This document shows, in pieces, positions 27,001 to 42,000 of a DNA stretch of 64,000 nt; position 1 is the stretch's first letter, and every line of letters begins with the position of its first letter. Source of the DNA: an uncultured Planctomycetales bacterium. GTDB taxonomy: Bacteria > Omnitrophota > Gorgyraeia > Zapsychrales > JAHFFX01. The translations under genes and the position numbers were made by a program. Location of the stretch: positions 636,896 to 700,895 of the forward strand of contig CAZTCI010000001.1 in the NCBI GenBank assembly GCA_964612665.1, written 5' to 3'. The notes beneath the pieces were generated by a model. The model saw nothing but the letters and a program-made list of their open reading frames with translations. It searched no databases and was not told the origin of the DNA.

Positions 27001-30000
27001 GGATGCCGGCATTCATTCCACCCAAGCCAGCCAAAGCACCGCGCAATGGCGTGCGGGCAAGCCCGACTCGGTTAGCGAGGTTCTTAATGGCTTGTTCTAA
27101 TGTCTGCTGTTCAAGATTGGCGCTCGTGATTGACAATTCTGTCGGTGCAACAAAGGCGTCGTTTTTGTTCAAGGCACTTAATTGCTGAACGATTTTGCGG
27201 CGTTCACCATAAACGTTTAATTCGGCATCACGCGCCGCGGCCTTACGGTTCACAATGTCGGTGACTGAGACGTGGGCTGGGTTGCCATTTTGGAAGGCAA
27301 CATCTGCTTCAACTTCTGGTTGAGCAAATTGAGTGATATAGTTGCGTTCCGTCACATTCAAGTTCTTGACATATTGGCCTAAGAGATCTTTGGCGGCCTG
27401 CGTTGTTCTCGGCGAATTAATGAGGTTCTGGACAAAAGCAACATCGCGGTCGATCTGGGCCAAGCGGGCGTTGAAGAAGTTACGAGCACTATCGGCGTTC
27501 TTCGACGGAACCAGAGGCAATTGCGCGAAGTTCGGCGCGGTTTGATTCAAAGCGAGATTGAGAACACTGCTCTTCGTTTCAATAAGCGCATTCATATCTT
27601 TTAAATTGTTAATCTTTTGTTGAAGGACATTTGCCGTTGTCTCATATACAACTGGGCCTTCTGGAACTCTTTGATAACCCATCTGGTCATCCAACAACCG
27701 TTGTTTAAGACGTTCGCTTAAATTGATTTCAGTTCTGACCGCCGCGAGCATACCCTGGGCAACTTGATGCCAGGCGTCTTGACCGCCGGACAAGGTGCTC
27801 TGCGTCTGCCAATAGTTTTCAGCGTCGTGTAATTGCGGAATATATGTATCGAAATACTTAAGTCCGGTGGTGATCTTTTCTTTCGATTCATAAAGATCCG
27901 AGAAATTCTTAGCATCCAATTTTGCCTGCAGATCTTTAATGGCTTGGCTGTTAGCTTCCGATAATTTGTTGTTGGCTTCAATGTCAGATGACTTAAATCC
28001 ATAAATGTCAGCGATCCTAACCTGACCCTCGCCGCTTAAAAGCGTTTTGCCGTTTGTGATGTCCTGGATCCGTTGAGTCAATCCTTGTTCAGCGTTAACG
28101 CCGAAGAATGGAATCGCGGCCTGGGCGGCGATTAATTCTTGCCGCAAGACTTTCTCAAACCCTTCTTTGGCGATCCGGTCGCGGATGGTTTTTTCATATT
28201 GATCATATGGAATGCCTTGTGCTTTAGCATTCAATCTTAATCTTCCTTCAATTAACGTGCGGGCATCCATACCAGCGAATTCTTCGATCGTCGAGGACAT
28301 GAGCTGCATCATGCCAGAGGAATATGTTCCGAAGGCGTCTTCTTTTTCCGGCGAATTCTTAAGCGTTTCGACCAATGCATTTTGTTCTTCATAATTATTC
28401 TGGCGGGCCTTCGCTGTCATATACATCACATTTAATTTATCTAATTCGCTGATCGTCTGCTTGATTGTGGCTTGAAGTTCGGCATTCTGTGAACCGCCTA
28501 ACGTCTCGGCGATGGCTTTGAGTTCTTCAAGCGTGCGGGCGCCCGCGATTTGGTCAACCAGTTTGCTCGCCGCTGTTTCAGCTTCAGGACTGATTGTCAC
28601 TTTAACTTTTGTTGAAACCGGCATTTCATTGACCAAGAACCGTGGTTCGCCAGTCACTTGGTCCGTTGTGAAACCATAAACGGTTTCGCCTGGATGGGTG
28701 GCTTCGTATTCAGCTGTTTCTTTAAAGAGGTTGCGGCTGCGGGCGGCGAGTTCAATAATACCGACTTCTTGACCAGCTTTAAGGCCGCGGCCTTTCATTA
28801 ACAACATCGTCGGAAGTTTACCTTCGGCGTTCTTGATTGGTTTTAACTGGAATACCTGGCCGTTCGGTAATTTCCAAGCCCGCGGGATTTCCATACCATT
28901 CGGCAGGTCACGTGTTGCGGCCTTGTAGACTTCTTCTTCACTGTAATAATACATTGAACCGATTTCAGGTTGAATTTCATGGGCGTAAGGCAAGCGGTCC
29001 GGTTTGGGCGCGAAGATACCGAATTCATTTTCTCCGACGAAGCGGCGGTTGGTCACAACTGGATAACCGCCGGGCAAGGTGTAGGTGCGGACTTTTTCAG
29101 TATCTTCAATAGAAACATCTTGGTCTTTTTCGAGAGGCGTATAAATGTTCTTGAGCGCGGCGGCATCTTTGAAGGCTGACGCGTTGGTCACAGGAACAAT
29201 GCGGCCAGGTTTGGTTGAGTTCTTTTCAAAGACCATCATCAAGCCTTCGATTTCCTCTGGATTCGCGACGTGTAAGAAGAGTCCTTCTATCGCTTTTGGC
29301 AAGCTATAAGTGATGATGCCTAAGACCGGTTTAGTTTGTTCAGCATCGTAATACCGGAGTGTCCAGCCTAACGCAACATCCGCCTCAGCCTTGCTTGCTG
29401 TCATCAAACTGCCATTTTTATATTCGGGCATTTCTTGTTTGGTCGCTGCTGGCATGCGTTGACCTTCATAAATTGTTCCACCCTGAACGATCATATTCGT
29501 CAGCGGATCTGTGACCTGGGCTTGGATCCGGCGGCCTTCGTGATCAACGCCGAGGACATTTTCCAATTGTTGTTGCAAGTCTTCTAAGATTGCGGCAGTT
29601 GGTTGAATGTACACTTGGCCTTTTTCCATCCAGAAGGCTTTCAGTTTTGGATTCTTTTCATCGTGTGTGGCTTCCCAAATCAATTCGCGGCCGTTTTGAT
29701 CTTCGATAAACCGGCGGGAAGTAAAGGCCAGATAAGCGCCTTCTTTGCCATTGGTTTCTTTCAATTTATTAATGTCAAATATATAACCGCGGGCAAATTC
29801 GTCGTCGGAGACGCTTTCATGCTCGCCTTTCTCATTGATGATATCAATCATTTGATCGCCATTGCCTCTCATCACGAGATAGAGGATATTTTTATCTTTA
29901 TTTAAAGCCGCTTCACGGGCAAACAGTAATTCATATAAGCCAGGCACCGGAACGCCAGGATATTTATGTTGCCAGAATTTGACAACGTCTTCGTGTTTGA

Positions 30001-33000
30001 TCAAGTCTTTGAGGAACGGAACCTTGCCGAGTGTTGAATCAATAATCGTTGTGGACACATCATTCAACGCCTTGGCCGGCATGAATTGACGATAATTGCC
30101 GACGTTATAGCGTTCTTTAAATTCATCCTTAGTCAATGGTTTGCCATTTTTATCCATTGGCGCATTGGCGTGGAATTTATCTTGACCCAAGACAAGTGAA
30201 ATTGGGAATGGCAAGCTGTTGGTTTCCCAAACACCACCTTGACGTTCAGAGTCTATATCAGGATTCAATAAGACATTGGAAAGTTCGATCAATTGATTAA
30301 TTAATTCGACTAGACCTAATGCACCGCTGGCCGCTGTGCCCGGTGAACTGTTCAAAAGATTATTAATAATCTTCTCAGCGCCGACGCCCAGATTCAAACT
30401 CTGCAGAATACCAGCCGCTTTATGGTTAATATTAAAGTTCACCGCAATCGGGAAGCCGCCGAAGTTGGCCAATTGAATCGACATTAAATTATGGACCATC
30501 GTTGAGAATGGACCGAAACCGACGCCCGCAGTCACAAGACCTTCACCGGAAGATTTTGATTTCACTTGTTCATTAAGTTGTTCGACGAGTTTCTTGGCGA
30601 CTTCCGGCGTTGACATGTAAGCAATCGCCGGCGGAACGGCGAAGGCGCGCAAGCTGGCTTGAATGATCCCTTCGAATGCTTCAGCTTGTTTCTTAGCGAG
30701 GTCTTCGGGCGATGGGCCTTGCATCAGCGCTTCGATGCGTTTCTTATCTTCTTCAGCGTCGTGGCGGGTCTTTTCTAAGGCTTTCTGCGCTTTGATAATG
30801 GCTTCTTTTCTGTTTTCTAATTCAACGCTATTGAATTTATCTTGTAATTGGTCAAGACGCTGATTGAGCGCAGTTTGTTCTTTTTCAACTGTCTTCTCAT
30901 GTGCGGCCGTCGGATAATGACCAGCCAACCATTCCGGATTGGTATAGCGGTCAAATTCATCATGCAAGAGTTTGGCCAACACGTTTTCGGCATCAACGAT
31001 ATCTACGAGAACAGTCTTCTGGTCTTTGTCTTTAACTTCATTTAATTTTTGTTCGATCTCTCGGGTGATATCTTGTTGCTGCCAGAAGTTGATCAACTTG
31101 TCTTGTTGTCCCATCAGTTTCGCCATGCGGATATCGCGGTAATCTTGCAAGGCTTGCGGTTCGCCAGCGAAAACATCTTCAGCAACGTCTTTGTCCTTCA
31201 ATAATTCGGCCATCTTCTTGCGGGCATCCAGAAGCGTCACTTTCTCGACGGTAGTGGCAGCCGAAGCCGCTGTTTCTGGAGCTTTCTCTTCAATCTCTTC
31301 ACCGGAGGCGACTTTGAAATATTCATCAACGCGGTTTGTACGGTGCGCAATCGTAGGCATGACAAGCGCCATCTTATAAGCATCTTTACCCATGACTTTG
31401 GCAAGGTTCTTAATGAGATTGAAGCTCACCTGGTCAGTTAAATCTTCGCCGTTATGCGTATCACTGTAAGCCACAACCAGGATGACTGCATCATGGGTGC
31501 CCTTGAGAGCTGTTGTGTCGACTTCTTCAGGGACCGCCATACTGATACCTTCTGGGCTGACTCTGACGAATCCGTTACCCGACGGCAATACAAAGAAGCT
31601 TTCTTCAAGACCTTCCCAGGCCATTTGCTTGACAGCTTGGACCACGACGACATCTTTGCCCTGCGCTTTAAGATCAGCCACTTTCTCCTCGGTTGTGCGG
31701 GTGTCAACCGGTTCAGCATAACGTCCGACGGGTATTGAAGCAAATTTAAGCGGCACGTTAATATTCAAGGAAGCCGCAATGATGTTTTGAACATAAACTC
31801 GTGGTTTCTGGATAATGGTCTTTCCTCTAAACTCAGTGACTAATGTCTCCGGAATATAATTGTATGCTGGACCGGTCATATAAGTGGAAACCGCCAGTTT
31901 AATCACCTCAATAGGTGAAGCTTCACCACGCAAGGAGAGTAAACTCTTTTCAGCCAGTCTTAAACGATCTGCGAATATATTTGAGCCCACAAAAACGTTT
32001 CGAAGCGGATTAAAGGCCTCATCAAATGACCAACCGGCCGGAGCGAAATCTTTCCAAGTGCCTTTGGTAATCTGCATTAAGCCGCGCGCGCCCGTCGGAC
32101 TTACGGCATTGACAACAAAATCACTCTCATACTTGATTAACGCTAACATCAATCGTTTGAAATCTTCCGCATTCTTGAGATATTTCTGAACGATGGCGTC
32201 GTGTTCGAATACTTCCTGCATTAATGGCAGGACATCGGCTGGCACGCGTTTGGCCAGGTCAGCAAAGGCGAAGGCATTTTCGGTTTTGATCTCCGGATGC
32301 AACGCTTGTTGATATGTATCCATAACTTCTTTCGATTCGGCCAATGCTTCCGGCGTGCGGGCCGCTTCAACACGGGCAGCAGATTCTTTCTTCTTGTAAT
32401 CTTCTTCATAATCTTTCATGAACTTATCGAACTCTGTCTTGCGTTCAAGATGATTGACCAAGCCGCTAATATCGATCTGCGACGGCAGAAGTAATTTTGT
32501 CATCGGATTAATGCCGGTCGATGCAACAAATTTATCGTGGAGCGTCTTAAAGATTTGTTTGAACTCACCGCTCGTAATATCTTCCGGCGCGACCAGCATG
32601 ATCGCGGCTTCCATCGGTTTAGCCTGATTGAGAATCTCTTTCAAACTTTCAGGCAATGCCGCGGTCACTTCAATAATGTCCTGACGGCTGTTTTCAACAA
32701 ACTTCTTGCTTTCCTCGACGCGGGTATGCTGGGCAGCGGCGGTTTCTTTAGCTTTATTCAAAACAACTTCAGCATCATGCACAGCTTTTTCTTTCGGTGA
32801 CGGCAATGATTCGCCAGCGGCGGCCTTAAAGGCCTCTAACGCTTCGTCATACGCCTTTTGCGCTTTGGCCTGTTCCTCGTCGGCCTTGACGGCTTCTTTG
32901 GCGAGGATTTCAGCGGTATTTTGAATTGTTTCCAACGCCTTATCTTTAGTTGTTAATTGATAGTATTTATTTTTCTCAGGACTAAAGATGACCGCCGACC

Positions 33001-36000
33001 GGCCGCTGAAGTTGATAATCCACGGCAACACCGCTTCACCTTTGGCTTGAAGCAACGCGGCTTCTTTAATTACATTATTCATCGTTGCAACCTGGCCTGG
33101 AATGCCGAGGGCTTTTTTCATGGATTCAAAATATTCCGGTGAGGTCTTTGATAATTCAACCAAGAATTCTTCCATTTCTACCATGTTTTCAGTATTGACC
33201 TTGCTGACAACCGGTGTAAACCCTTCGACTTGGTTTAATAAATCAATCGCCCGGTGAATTTTCATCTGGGCGGTTGTTTTGTAAATCTGGCTAAACTCGC
33301 TAAAGCTGACTGGCTCCGAAACGCCTTTGTCCGTCGCGTAATCATAGTAATCTGAAGTTTTGGTTGCAACGTGAAGTTCAACCGCGTTGCGGCCGGTCAG
33401 TTTTTCATAAGCGATCTGAGTGATCTTTGATTCATGTGCTAATAATTCTTTACCCGTATGGGCTTTATAATAATCACCGACGGAGTTATCAACACTATTC
33501 AATAAATGACGCCCGATGTTAATCAACCCGTTATCGCCTTCCAGAGATTGAACGGCTGGACCAAAACCAATACTCTCTCCCATGTGAACGGCGCCCGCAA
33601 TTTCGAGACCAATCGTTGACAATCCAATCGCGCCCGACCAGAAGGTGATCTTCAAACGTCCTAAGGTTTCAAAGAATTTCTCTTGCCGTCTATGCGCTCG
33701 GCCTTGGATACCGGCTAACTTCGAAAGCAAGTGAATCGGCACGAAGATATTGGCATAGAACAACAGAACCGCCGGAATCGCCCACGCCAAACGCACAGCC
33801 CATTTCTTAAAGAACCGGCCGCCCATTTGTTCTTTAAGGATATTTTCCAGCGAGCGGTTTTCAGTATAGAGATAACCAGTTTGGTAAGCTTGCTTGATGT
33901 TCTCATCTTTCATCCAGTTAACGTTGATTTCTTTTCCGCCGAGGATATTCTTTTCCAAAGACAATGTTTTTAAACTCAACCGTTCAGTTGAAGCGAAGCG
34001 ATAATCGATCAAACTGTGGATAATTGTTTTAACCTGACGGGCCGTTTGCATGAGGAAGTTCAATACAAAGATGTAAGCAATACCGGTTATCTTCGAAGTA
34101 TAGAACCATACAAAAATAGGTGTCAGATAAGGGCTCAACGCATTTAATACGAAAACTGGCAACAGATGAACAACACCCCAACCCATTAAATTCCCGACGA
34201 TAATAAAGCCTTTCTCAATGATTCGGAAAAGAACATACAACGGCGCAACCACCCAGCCCAACATAGTTCCTTGAAGGGCGGCGATCTCAGCCATTACAAT
34301 CGGCGTTAAGATGGCGCTGTAGATCGCCATCGCAATTCTAGATTTAAGAAGTTTGATAGTTCCGTAAACGATCGGATGACGCAAGCCCAATCTAAAGAGC
34401 ATCTTCGCGGGTTTGTCGAGGAGCGGTGCGGCCTTCTCATCTTGCAACGCTGCCTGCATGGCCAGGACCTCCACACGACCGATCGCTGAACCTTCTTCAA
34501 CGCTATGCAAGAATTTGATGATCTGATTGTCCGCTGATCCGAAGAACAGGTATAAAGCGCGCAATAAGAACCAGCCAAAGCCAAAAGGCAAGGCCACCGT
34601 CTTCACGACGGCATTAATCAATTTGTTACCCACATTAAAGTAATTAGTGAAGAATTGCGCAGCGGTGAAGGCATCCTCAATGGCCTGGACGAATTCTTCG
34701 GCGACGCCAATCATAAGGACTTTTGCCCTGAGCCACAACACGCTGAATTGGAAGCGGCCGACGTATTTCGTCGTTTGCGCAGCCCTCGATTGTTGTTCAT
34801 TATTTTGTAGAGGTGAAGCTAAGGCGAATTTATGGAAGAGATAATTGCTGTAGAGTTTCTTTAAAGATTTTTCATTAGCGCTTTGGGCAATCGATTGAAT
34901 TCTTTGTTTGAGTGTTTCATCCGGAACTCCGGCAGCGATGGCTTCTAACCGGCCGCGGATTGTTTCCGCTGTCAAATCAACCGTCCGAATACCGCCCTTA
35001 AAGTTATGGACCATGCTGACCATCAAAGCACGGATCGCCAAACCAAAGACCGTCCAAGCCGCCAAGGCTGTCCATATATAACCAACTGGAATTAACTCGC
35101 TGATGGCTGGGAAGACTAATGATAACCCTACCATAGTAACTGCGGCGGCGATAGCTTTCACCGTCGGTCCAGCGCGATTGAGCCCAGCTGACTTGAGGTA
35201 TCTAGTGAACAAAGTTGCGACTGCGCCAATGGCTAAAAGAATTAACCCGACAGCCTCACTTACACCATTGAGTTTGGATCCAGATGTTTTTTCAACTGTC
35301 GGATGTGAAATCTTTGTTTTTAGATCAACGACGGCATAGTAACCATTTTGAGTAAATTCATACCCGAACCCTTGACCTTCTTGCTGCATTTGAATGAATG
35401 ACTTTTCAAAGAATTCTTTGGCTGTTGGCGTTTCTATAGCAAAATGCACTTCTTCAAATCCGCGCTGGGCCAGCCAATGTAAAATGACGACCAAGAAAGG
35501 ATAGGAATAAACGCCCCGGGCGGTGTTGATCGTATTGAGCAACATTCTAACTACTTTGCTGAAGGCCAAAATGGTAATGTTGTTATAAGCCATCGGTAAA
35601 TGCGGTCCAACAAAATCACGCGACGGCAACTGGCTCAAACGAATTCTAGCCTTAAACCGGCTTGCGCTAACTTTTAAAGCTTGGTAATGGATGTCTGAGC
35701 CGCGGCCATTAAATTGTCCCAAATCTTTCATCTCTGAACCAAACGCCACACGACCAAACTTGGTCAACAGATTTCCATTATTATCAATGTAACCGTTTGC
35801 AACCAAAACTTCCCAAAGTTTATCTATGTCAATGTTGCTTATTTGACCAAGGTTTGTTTTCGTTAAAGGTTTCCCTGCTTTGGATTCTTCTATTTTGATC
35901 CGGCCGGCATCGGGAATGGCAGCCTTTACAATGCTATTAGGGTTGCTGGCGAGTAATTCTTTAAAGAATTCTTCTGCCTGTTCCTTTTCATTAGCGCCGT

Positions 36001-39000
36001 CTAATTTTAACGTCGCTTCTTCATGATTCACACCCGCCACGGCCAGGACCGCCCAAACACCAAACACTGACACCACAATGCCCCAATTGAGGTGTAAATG
36101 GTTCGATGACAGGCTGTCCTGGTTCATCTGATAATTGACTGTATTAATTAATGTGCTGATGGGTAGTAAAGTATGGAACATGCCCAGCATGTTTGGCGCG
36201 TTGGGCTTGATCGTAGAAAGAAGCTGCTTCAATCGTCTCCATAGGGTCCCAAGAACTTCTAAGAGCATTGCGCGTATAAACGCGGCCGGTCTTGTTATAA
36301 ATAAGGAAGCAACGTTTACGGCCGCTGTCCTGGTGGGCAGATACGAATAAGCAATCGTCTTTGGTAAATTCCACAAAATGATCAAAAGTGATTGTAATGG
36401 CTTTGTCCATGGTTGGACTCCTTTCAAGTTGTCAGACACAAGTTGGTTTAAGAGATTAATGATTGAATTAACGAAGGATTTGATAAAAGCAGAAACAGAG
36501 AATCGCTGAATCTTCCCGAGGAGCTCGATTGAGCTTGGGGCGATAACAGTTATTCTCCCGAAGGCTTTTCCTTGGGCTTGCTTTCCGCTCAAGGAACTGC
36601 TGGTTGAGGAGTTAGTGGTTTGAGGAACAACAGTTTTATTCCCTCGTTCGTCGCCGGGCGCTTGGATAAATCCATTTTGGCGGAACTCAGGAACTTCGCT
36701 TTCAGATGAAATACGATTTCCGGCCGCTGTCGTTTTGCTTGTTAACTCAATCGCAGCCTTCTCAGCTGCTGCTTCGACATTGGTCAGAAGATATAAACCT
36801 AAACGAGCCTCGTTGACATTCGCCCGTTGTTGTTTTCCATCTACAGTATTTGGTTGTCTTACTGAAAGGGTACTGCTAAGAACAATTTTGTTAGATTCTT
36901 GACCACTTAAGGTCAGAGCTCTAACAACTTTTTCCCAGAGCATTCTGATAATCGCCAGAGCCTGCGCCAAGACCAGATATACGCTGAGAACTGCATTCAC
37001 CCTCACCGTTTCAGCGTTGAGAGTGTTATTCGTCACAATAGAGTTGTTGCTAAGAACGATTGCAGGCGTACCTTCTTCTTTCGATTCAGGTAAACCAGCT
37101 AGAGTCTTGGATTGTTTTTCCTCAGTACTGTTGCCTTGAGGATACACTCCTTGACCCTTTAATGCTTCATCTCCCTTATCTCGTTTCACATTTTCAGTGA
37201 AGCTTGATCCTGGAGCGAACACACCTTCTAACGGAACATTACCACCATTAGACCTTACTGTTGGTGATTGTGATTCTTCAGGTCTTAGGGTGTTAACTAC
37301 TTGTATATTTGTCGATACAGTTTCTACACCCTCAGTTCCAGTTCTTACGACACTCTGGGCGACCGAGGTTATAGCGACTATGCCGACAAGGCTGAGAATT
37401 ACATTCGTTGCACGACTGCTTAGAACATTGACCAACTTGACCGCCAATGCGATCAAGAGTTTGTTCCAGTTTCCGCTTGAGCTTGCACTCGCACGTACTT
37501 CTAGAACCTTCGATACTGCATTTTCTCCAGCCTCATTTCCGTTACCGGATGCTGGAACCAGATACGCTGCAGAACCGACGTCTACTTTCTCATTATTACT
37601 CTTAGAGGTATATTGAGTTTCCTCTTTATAGTCTCCTCGAGCCTTTGTTGCCACACTTCTTACACCTTTAACTCCACCTGAAACACCTTGTTCCAGAGAA
37701 GCCAAAGCTATATTGACTGCTGCAACGGTACTTCTTACTGCATTTACTGCTATACGACTCAGAACGCTTAATAACGACTTGTTTGTCGCTTTCGCGACGA
37801 TCCTTGATGTCTTCGCAGCCACGCCTTCAATCAATTGCTTGATCGAAACGCTTGCTTGCAGAGATCTCAAGAACTTGTTCCAGGCTCCATTTGAGCTTCC
37901 GCTCGCTTGGACTCCAAGTACCACTAGATTTGCCGTCGGCTCAGCTTTGGCTCTGTCACCAGATACCTTGACCAAGCTTTCAACATTTCCTGTGAACTGC
38001 TTTACTGCTTTAACGAATCGATCCAAAACCGTCTTTAGTACCTGCACTAATCCCATCAACCATGAACCGATGAACGGCAACATGACAGCGTTGACAGTTT
38101 CTGTACCTGCATTGAAGCGATTCGAAGAACGATTTACTGCTGTACTGCTCTTTACGATAGACGAACTTGCGTTCGTTTGTTTCTTTTCTGTCGAGCGAAC
38201 TGATTTTACAGCCGCCTCTTTGGTAGCTTCGACAGACTCTCTACCATTGAGACTTTCTGTCAGCACAGCTTGTGTTGCCGCCGCTTTAACTTCACTGACA
38301 GGGCCGAAGTTATTGCGACTAGACATCGGTTCTGGTGTTACGACCGCAGCTTCAGCCGTCCCGACATCCACTGCCCTGCTGAGACCGCGTGCCGCCGCTT
38401 GAACAACCGTCGCTACGACATTGGCAGCACCTGTGCCGAAGAGACGTACAACTTGACCTAACTTTGTCCACGCTGTGCTTCCTTTTACTTCTCCCACTGC
38501 CTGCTTCGCTGTGGAGCGAAGGGCAGCGAGAGTAATGCCGGGACTTTCGGCGCGCTTAGCTTTCATGCCACGCTGGCTCGCCTCATTTTCCCCCTTAATT
38601 TTTGTGAAATCTGCTTGTGTACGATTAATAGATATAGTTGTGTTGGCTGCAACCGCCAATTGGGCGTTGTAATTTGTACTAACAATTACTTTCGCGACAG
38701 GATTGGGTGTGATGCCTAATTTTTCAACAGGTGTGACTTGTTCCGTCGGCGCACCGCTTGAAGGACCAGGCGCTGGCGGTGTTCTTCCGTCGTTGTTGCC
38801 TCCGCCGCCAGATCCGCCATTTCCTTCATCAGGAAGCTCACCAATCAATTGAGCTCCTGGGAAGTTATATGCTAAAGGCGGTGTGGTGGCTGGAAGATTT
38901 TCATTTGAATTAAAAGGAGATCCTTGTGCTTTTTGAGAACCTGACATAGCGACTTGTATATCTTCATGATGTCCGTGAGGAAGCAAACCAAGGATGAAAC

Positions 39001-42000
39001 TTACGAGATTTGGCAATAATTTGGGCGCTGTTGGTACAATGCCTTCTGGCATCGCGTTGGGGAGCCGAAGATTTTCATTCGCGGGAACATTCGGCGCCAG
39101 CGTCGGAGAAACGTTCATCGATGGCGAAGCCGGCATGGTCGCAGGCACTACAGGCTGAGGAACCGCGTTTGCTGGCTGTTGTTCATACTGGAGCTGAGCG
39201 GGCGGATTCACAGCTTCGGTCTCTGATGTCACATCTGGAGCTCCGCTCAAGGTAGCGGCTGTTAATGCCCCAGCCACAACTTGTTTTAATCTCGATGGAC
39301 GTTTTTTACTGTCAGACGCTTGTTGTTGAGCAGCCTTAACCTCAAAAGCTTTTTCATTTTGCAATTCTCTTGTGAATTGAGCGTCTTGAGTTTTTCGACG
39401 GGCTTTATCCAAAACAGTTGTTAATTTTTCACCAATCGGAATCGGAGCAAAAAACGCGTTGGTCCGTTGCGCCCGAGAACCGTATTCCCGCAAGATTCCT
39501 TCTTTTTCGTCTTTGAGAAATCCTTTTGCTTTTGAGTAATCAGTCACGCCTAACGGCAAACGGTTTAAGGCCGCCAAACCAAAGTTCGCGGTAATAAAAT
39601 TAAAATGATATGGAATTAACCAGAAAAGCGTTGTGCTCGGCCCGTCGGAGATGGAGATTCCGGTCCAATGACTGGTCGCCCAGGCCCCGCCAAATAATAA
39701 TAAGTTTGTAACCGGGCCGGCCCGGGCAATATTACTGCTGGCGCGTGACTGTTTAGATATGAATTCTCTTCTTTCTTGGCTGGTTAAATTCTTAACATCG
39801 ACTGAGGGATGTCGATAACTAACTTCAAAATTCATAATCCCCGTTGATGTTTCCGTCGGCGTTAACCCATAACGCACAACCATGAACTGATGGCCAAGTT
39901 CATGAAGCAAGGCGCTGCCAGCAATGATCGCCAACCCCTTCAAACCATAAGAGTGGAACCACATCACACCCGCGCCGAGTGTTATTGATTTAAGTACAAA
40001 AGGCCCGCCGATATACGGAAACCGAAGCTGCGGCAGCCGCCATGGCGATTCCATGACTAACAAACTTGGCTTCTCCATTTCAAGCTCGGCTGATTTTGGC
40101 TGACGGAGGGTATAACGGCCGATATCCGCCAATGTTTTACCAATTGAACGCGGTTGATAAGCTTGTTCGATGCTGGTTCTTTGGCTTTGAGATTGTTGTC
40201 GCGGTGTGGTCAAATTCTTAAATGCCGCTGCCGTTTCTTCCATAGCATTTCGATAAACCGAACTCAAATGCGTAGACTCCGGTGTTACACCGACGGCAGC
40301 CAATGATGCTTCGATAGCTTCGGGAGAAAGTTCTTCGCGGTTGGGCTGATTCGCCAGCGCGTTAGCCAAGGTATCGATTTGAGAATTACCTGTAGCTGTG
40401 GTTCCATTTTCATTAACGAAACTTTCCTTAACCGCTTGGGCCAAGCGGGCGGCGTGTTCGGTCGTGCGGTTTTCAGTTCCCGTCGGAACGGCAGACAAAG
40501 CTATATTCCAAAGACCCGAATCAGTTAATGCTGATTGGTGGACAAAAAGCGTTCCTGTTGTCTCATTAAAACTAGATAAAGCTTGATTATCAGAGGAAGT
40601 AACAACTTGAATGCTTCTGAGCCTTATTCCGACGGGCTTTGCCTCAACAACTTTTTGGAGAGCAACCAATTGTTCTTCATCCGCGCCACTAACCGGTATA
40701 ATCAGCTGACTATGTTTCGCAATATAATCTTCAGTCGCCCCACTAGCGGCTAACTGTTCCATGTGTTCTCGGCTTTGAACAATAACAAACGGGGTCTTAC
40801 GCCATTGCTGAACATACTGATCAGCGGCTGTATTGATTTCTGTCGGAATTTCTTCAATAGCTTCTGTGACAGTAATCTCTCCTTTACTAATTAACTCCCC
40901 ATAGTTAGCAAAGACCCTTTCGCCGGCTTTATATTTTGCGTAGGTATTCAAATCATTGGCGTTCTTAAAGGTCACCATATGTTGTTTATAGAGGCCATTT
41001 AATTCTTTAATAACCGCTAAATTCTCATTGACATACTGCAGCGAAATCTCCCATCCCGACGGGAGATTTGAAGCTGCTGCCCTCACAGCCAGCGCATTGA
41101 AATGAGCCGGCTCACCCGCGGCCATCTCGATAAATCTCTTCTGGCTTGCGTTATCAACTGGAAATTCTCTCTGGGCCTGTTCAACAGCATCTTTTGCCGA
41201 CGGGAGTTTCCAGTCCAAACGGCTGGTTAAATCATCACCCAGTTGATCGCGGATCAAGTTATAACGGTATCGTGTCTGACGGCCGGAACCTTTAAGCAAG
41301 TTTGTCAGGTTTTCCCATTTATTGTTCTTCCCTAAAGGAATCACCCCGCCTTTTTTATCCTGCCGCTGGTTGACATATTGAGCTAACTGCTGTAAATCTT
41401 CCGTCGTGACATAAGAATTCTGATAAAGATAATTACGGGCCGCTTCGGCGATGTTATTCCCTGGCTGTAACGTTAATAGAGATCGAACATATTGAAGCGG
41501 ATTGTTGGCCACACGGGCAATGTCTTCAATTGGTTTTTCGGCCCACTTTGAATCTTGCTTCAGCAATACATTGTTATAGATGTCATCAGCACGGTTAATA
41601 TCCGCAATACGCGCGACCTCGTCATTAAAACCGAGTACTTGCGCGAATTTTATCGTCGGCAATGATGAAACCCCAGCGGCTCGTTTCATTGTTTCCAATT
41701 CATTTGGCGCCGGGTTTAGGGCCTTGAAATAAGCTTTAGCGCTAAATTTTTGCTGCTTTTCGCGCAAGATATATTCAGGAACATTAACAGCGGCGCCCAG
41801 TTTAGACACACCTTGCATTCTTTGTTCAAAGTCTTGCTGTTTACCGCGTTTTTCCTGAATATTGTTTAACTTCGAATCCAAACCTTTTTCGGTAATATAT
41901 TTTTGCCATTGCGTATAAACGCTATCACTCGACGGAACACCCAAGGCCTCGGCAATCTTAAGTGTGGCCAGATATGGTGTCTCTTCGTTTTGTTTGAGAA

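Noticed and set aside
36125-36127. ATG 36127 as the true start codon of a ~12,000-aa gene (it is followed by a signal-anchor-like helix)
   Set aside because: The same frame remains open and coding-like for at least 450 nt upstream with no stop, and there is no convincing RBS. It is treated as an internal Met or module boundary, with internal initiation left as a low-probability hypothesis.
36144-36410. 88-aa minus-strand ORF (MDKAITITFDHFVEF...) with an apparent AAAGGAG Shine-Dalgarno 7 nt upstream; the only track ORF that initially looked like a real small gene
   Set aside because: It lies in an alternate frame fully inside the giant ORF. The giant frame stays open and protein-like straight through it ('...SDNLKGVQPWTKPLQSLLIILWN...'). 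The 'SD' is simply the codons TTG AAA GGA GTC (L K G V) of the giant frame. No recognisable family. Most likely a chance overlapping ORF.
37197-38402. Largest ORFs in the track (139 aa and 229 aa on the + strand) with odd T/A/L/S-rich products
   Set aside because: Antisense shadows of the minus-strand A/V/S/T-rich low-complexity repeat region. They reproduce its ~409 nt duplication and have no start or SD context.
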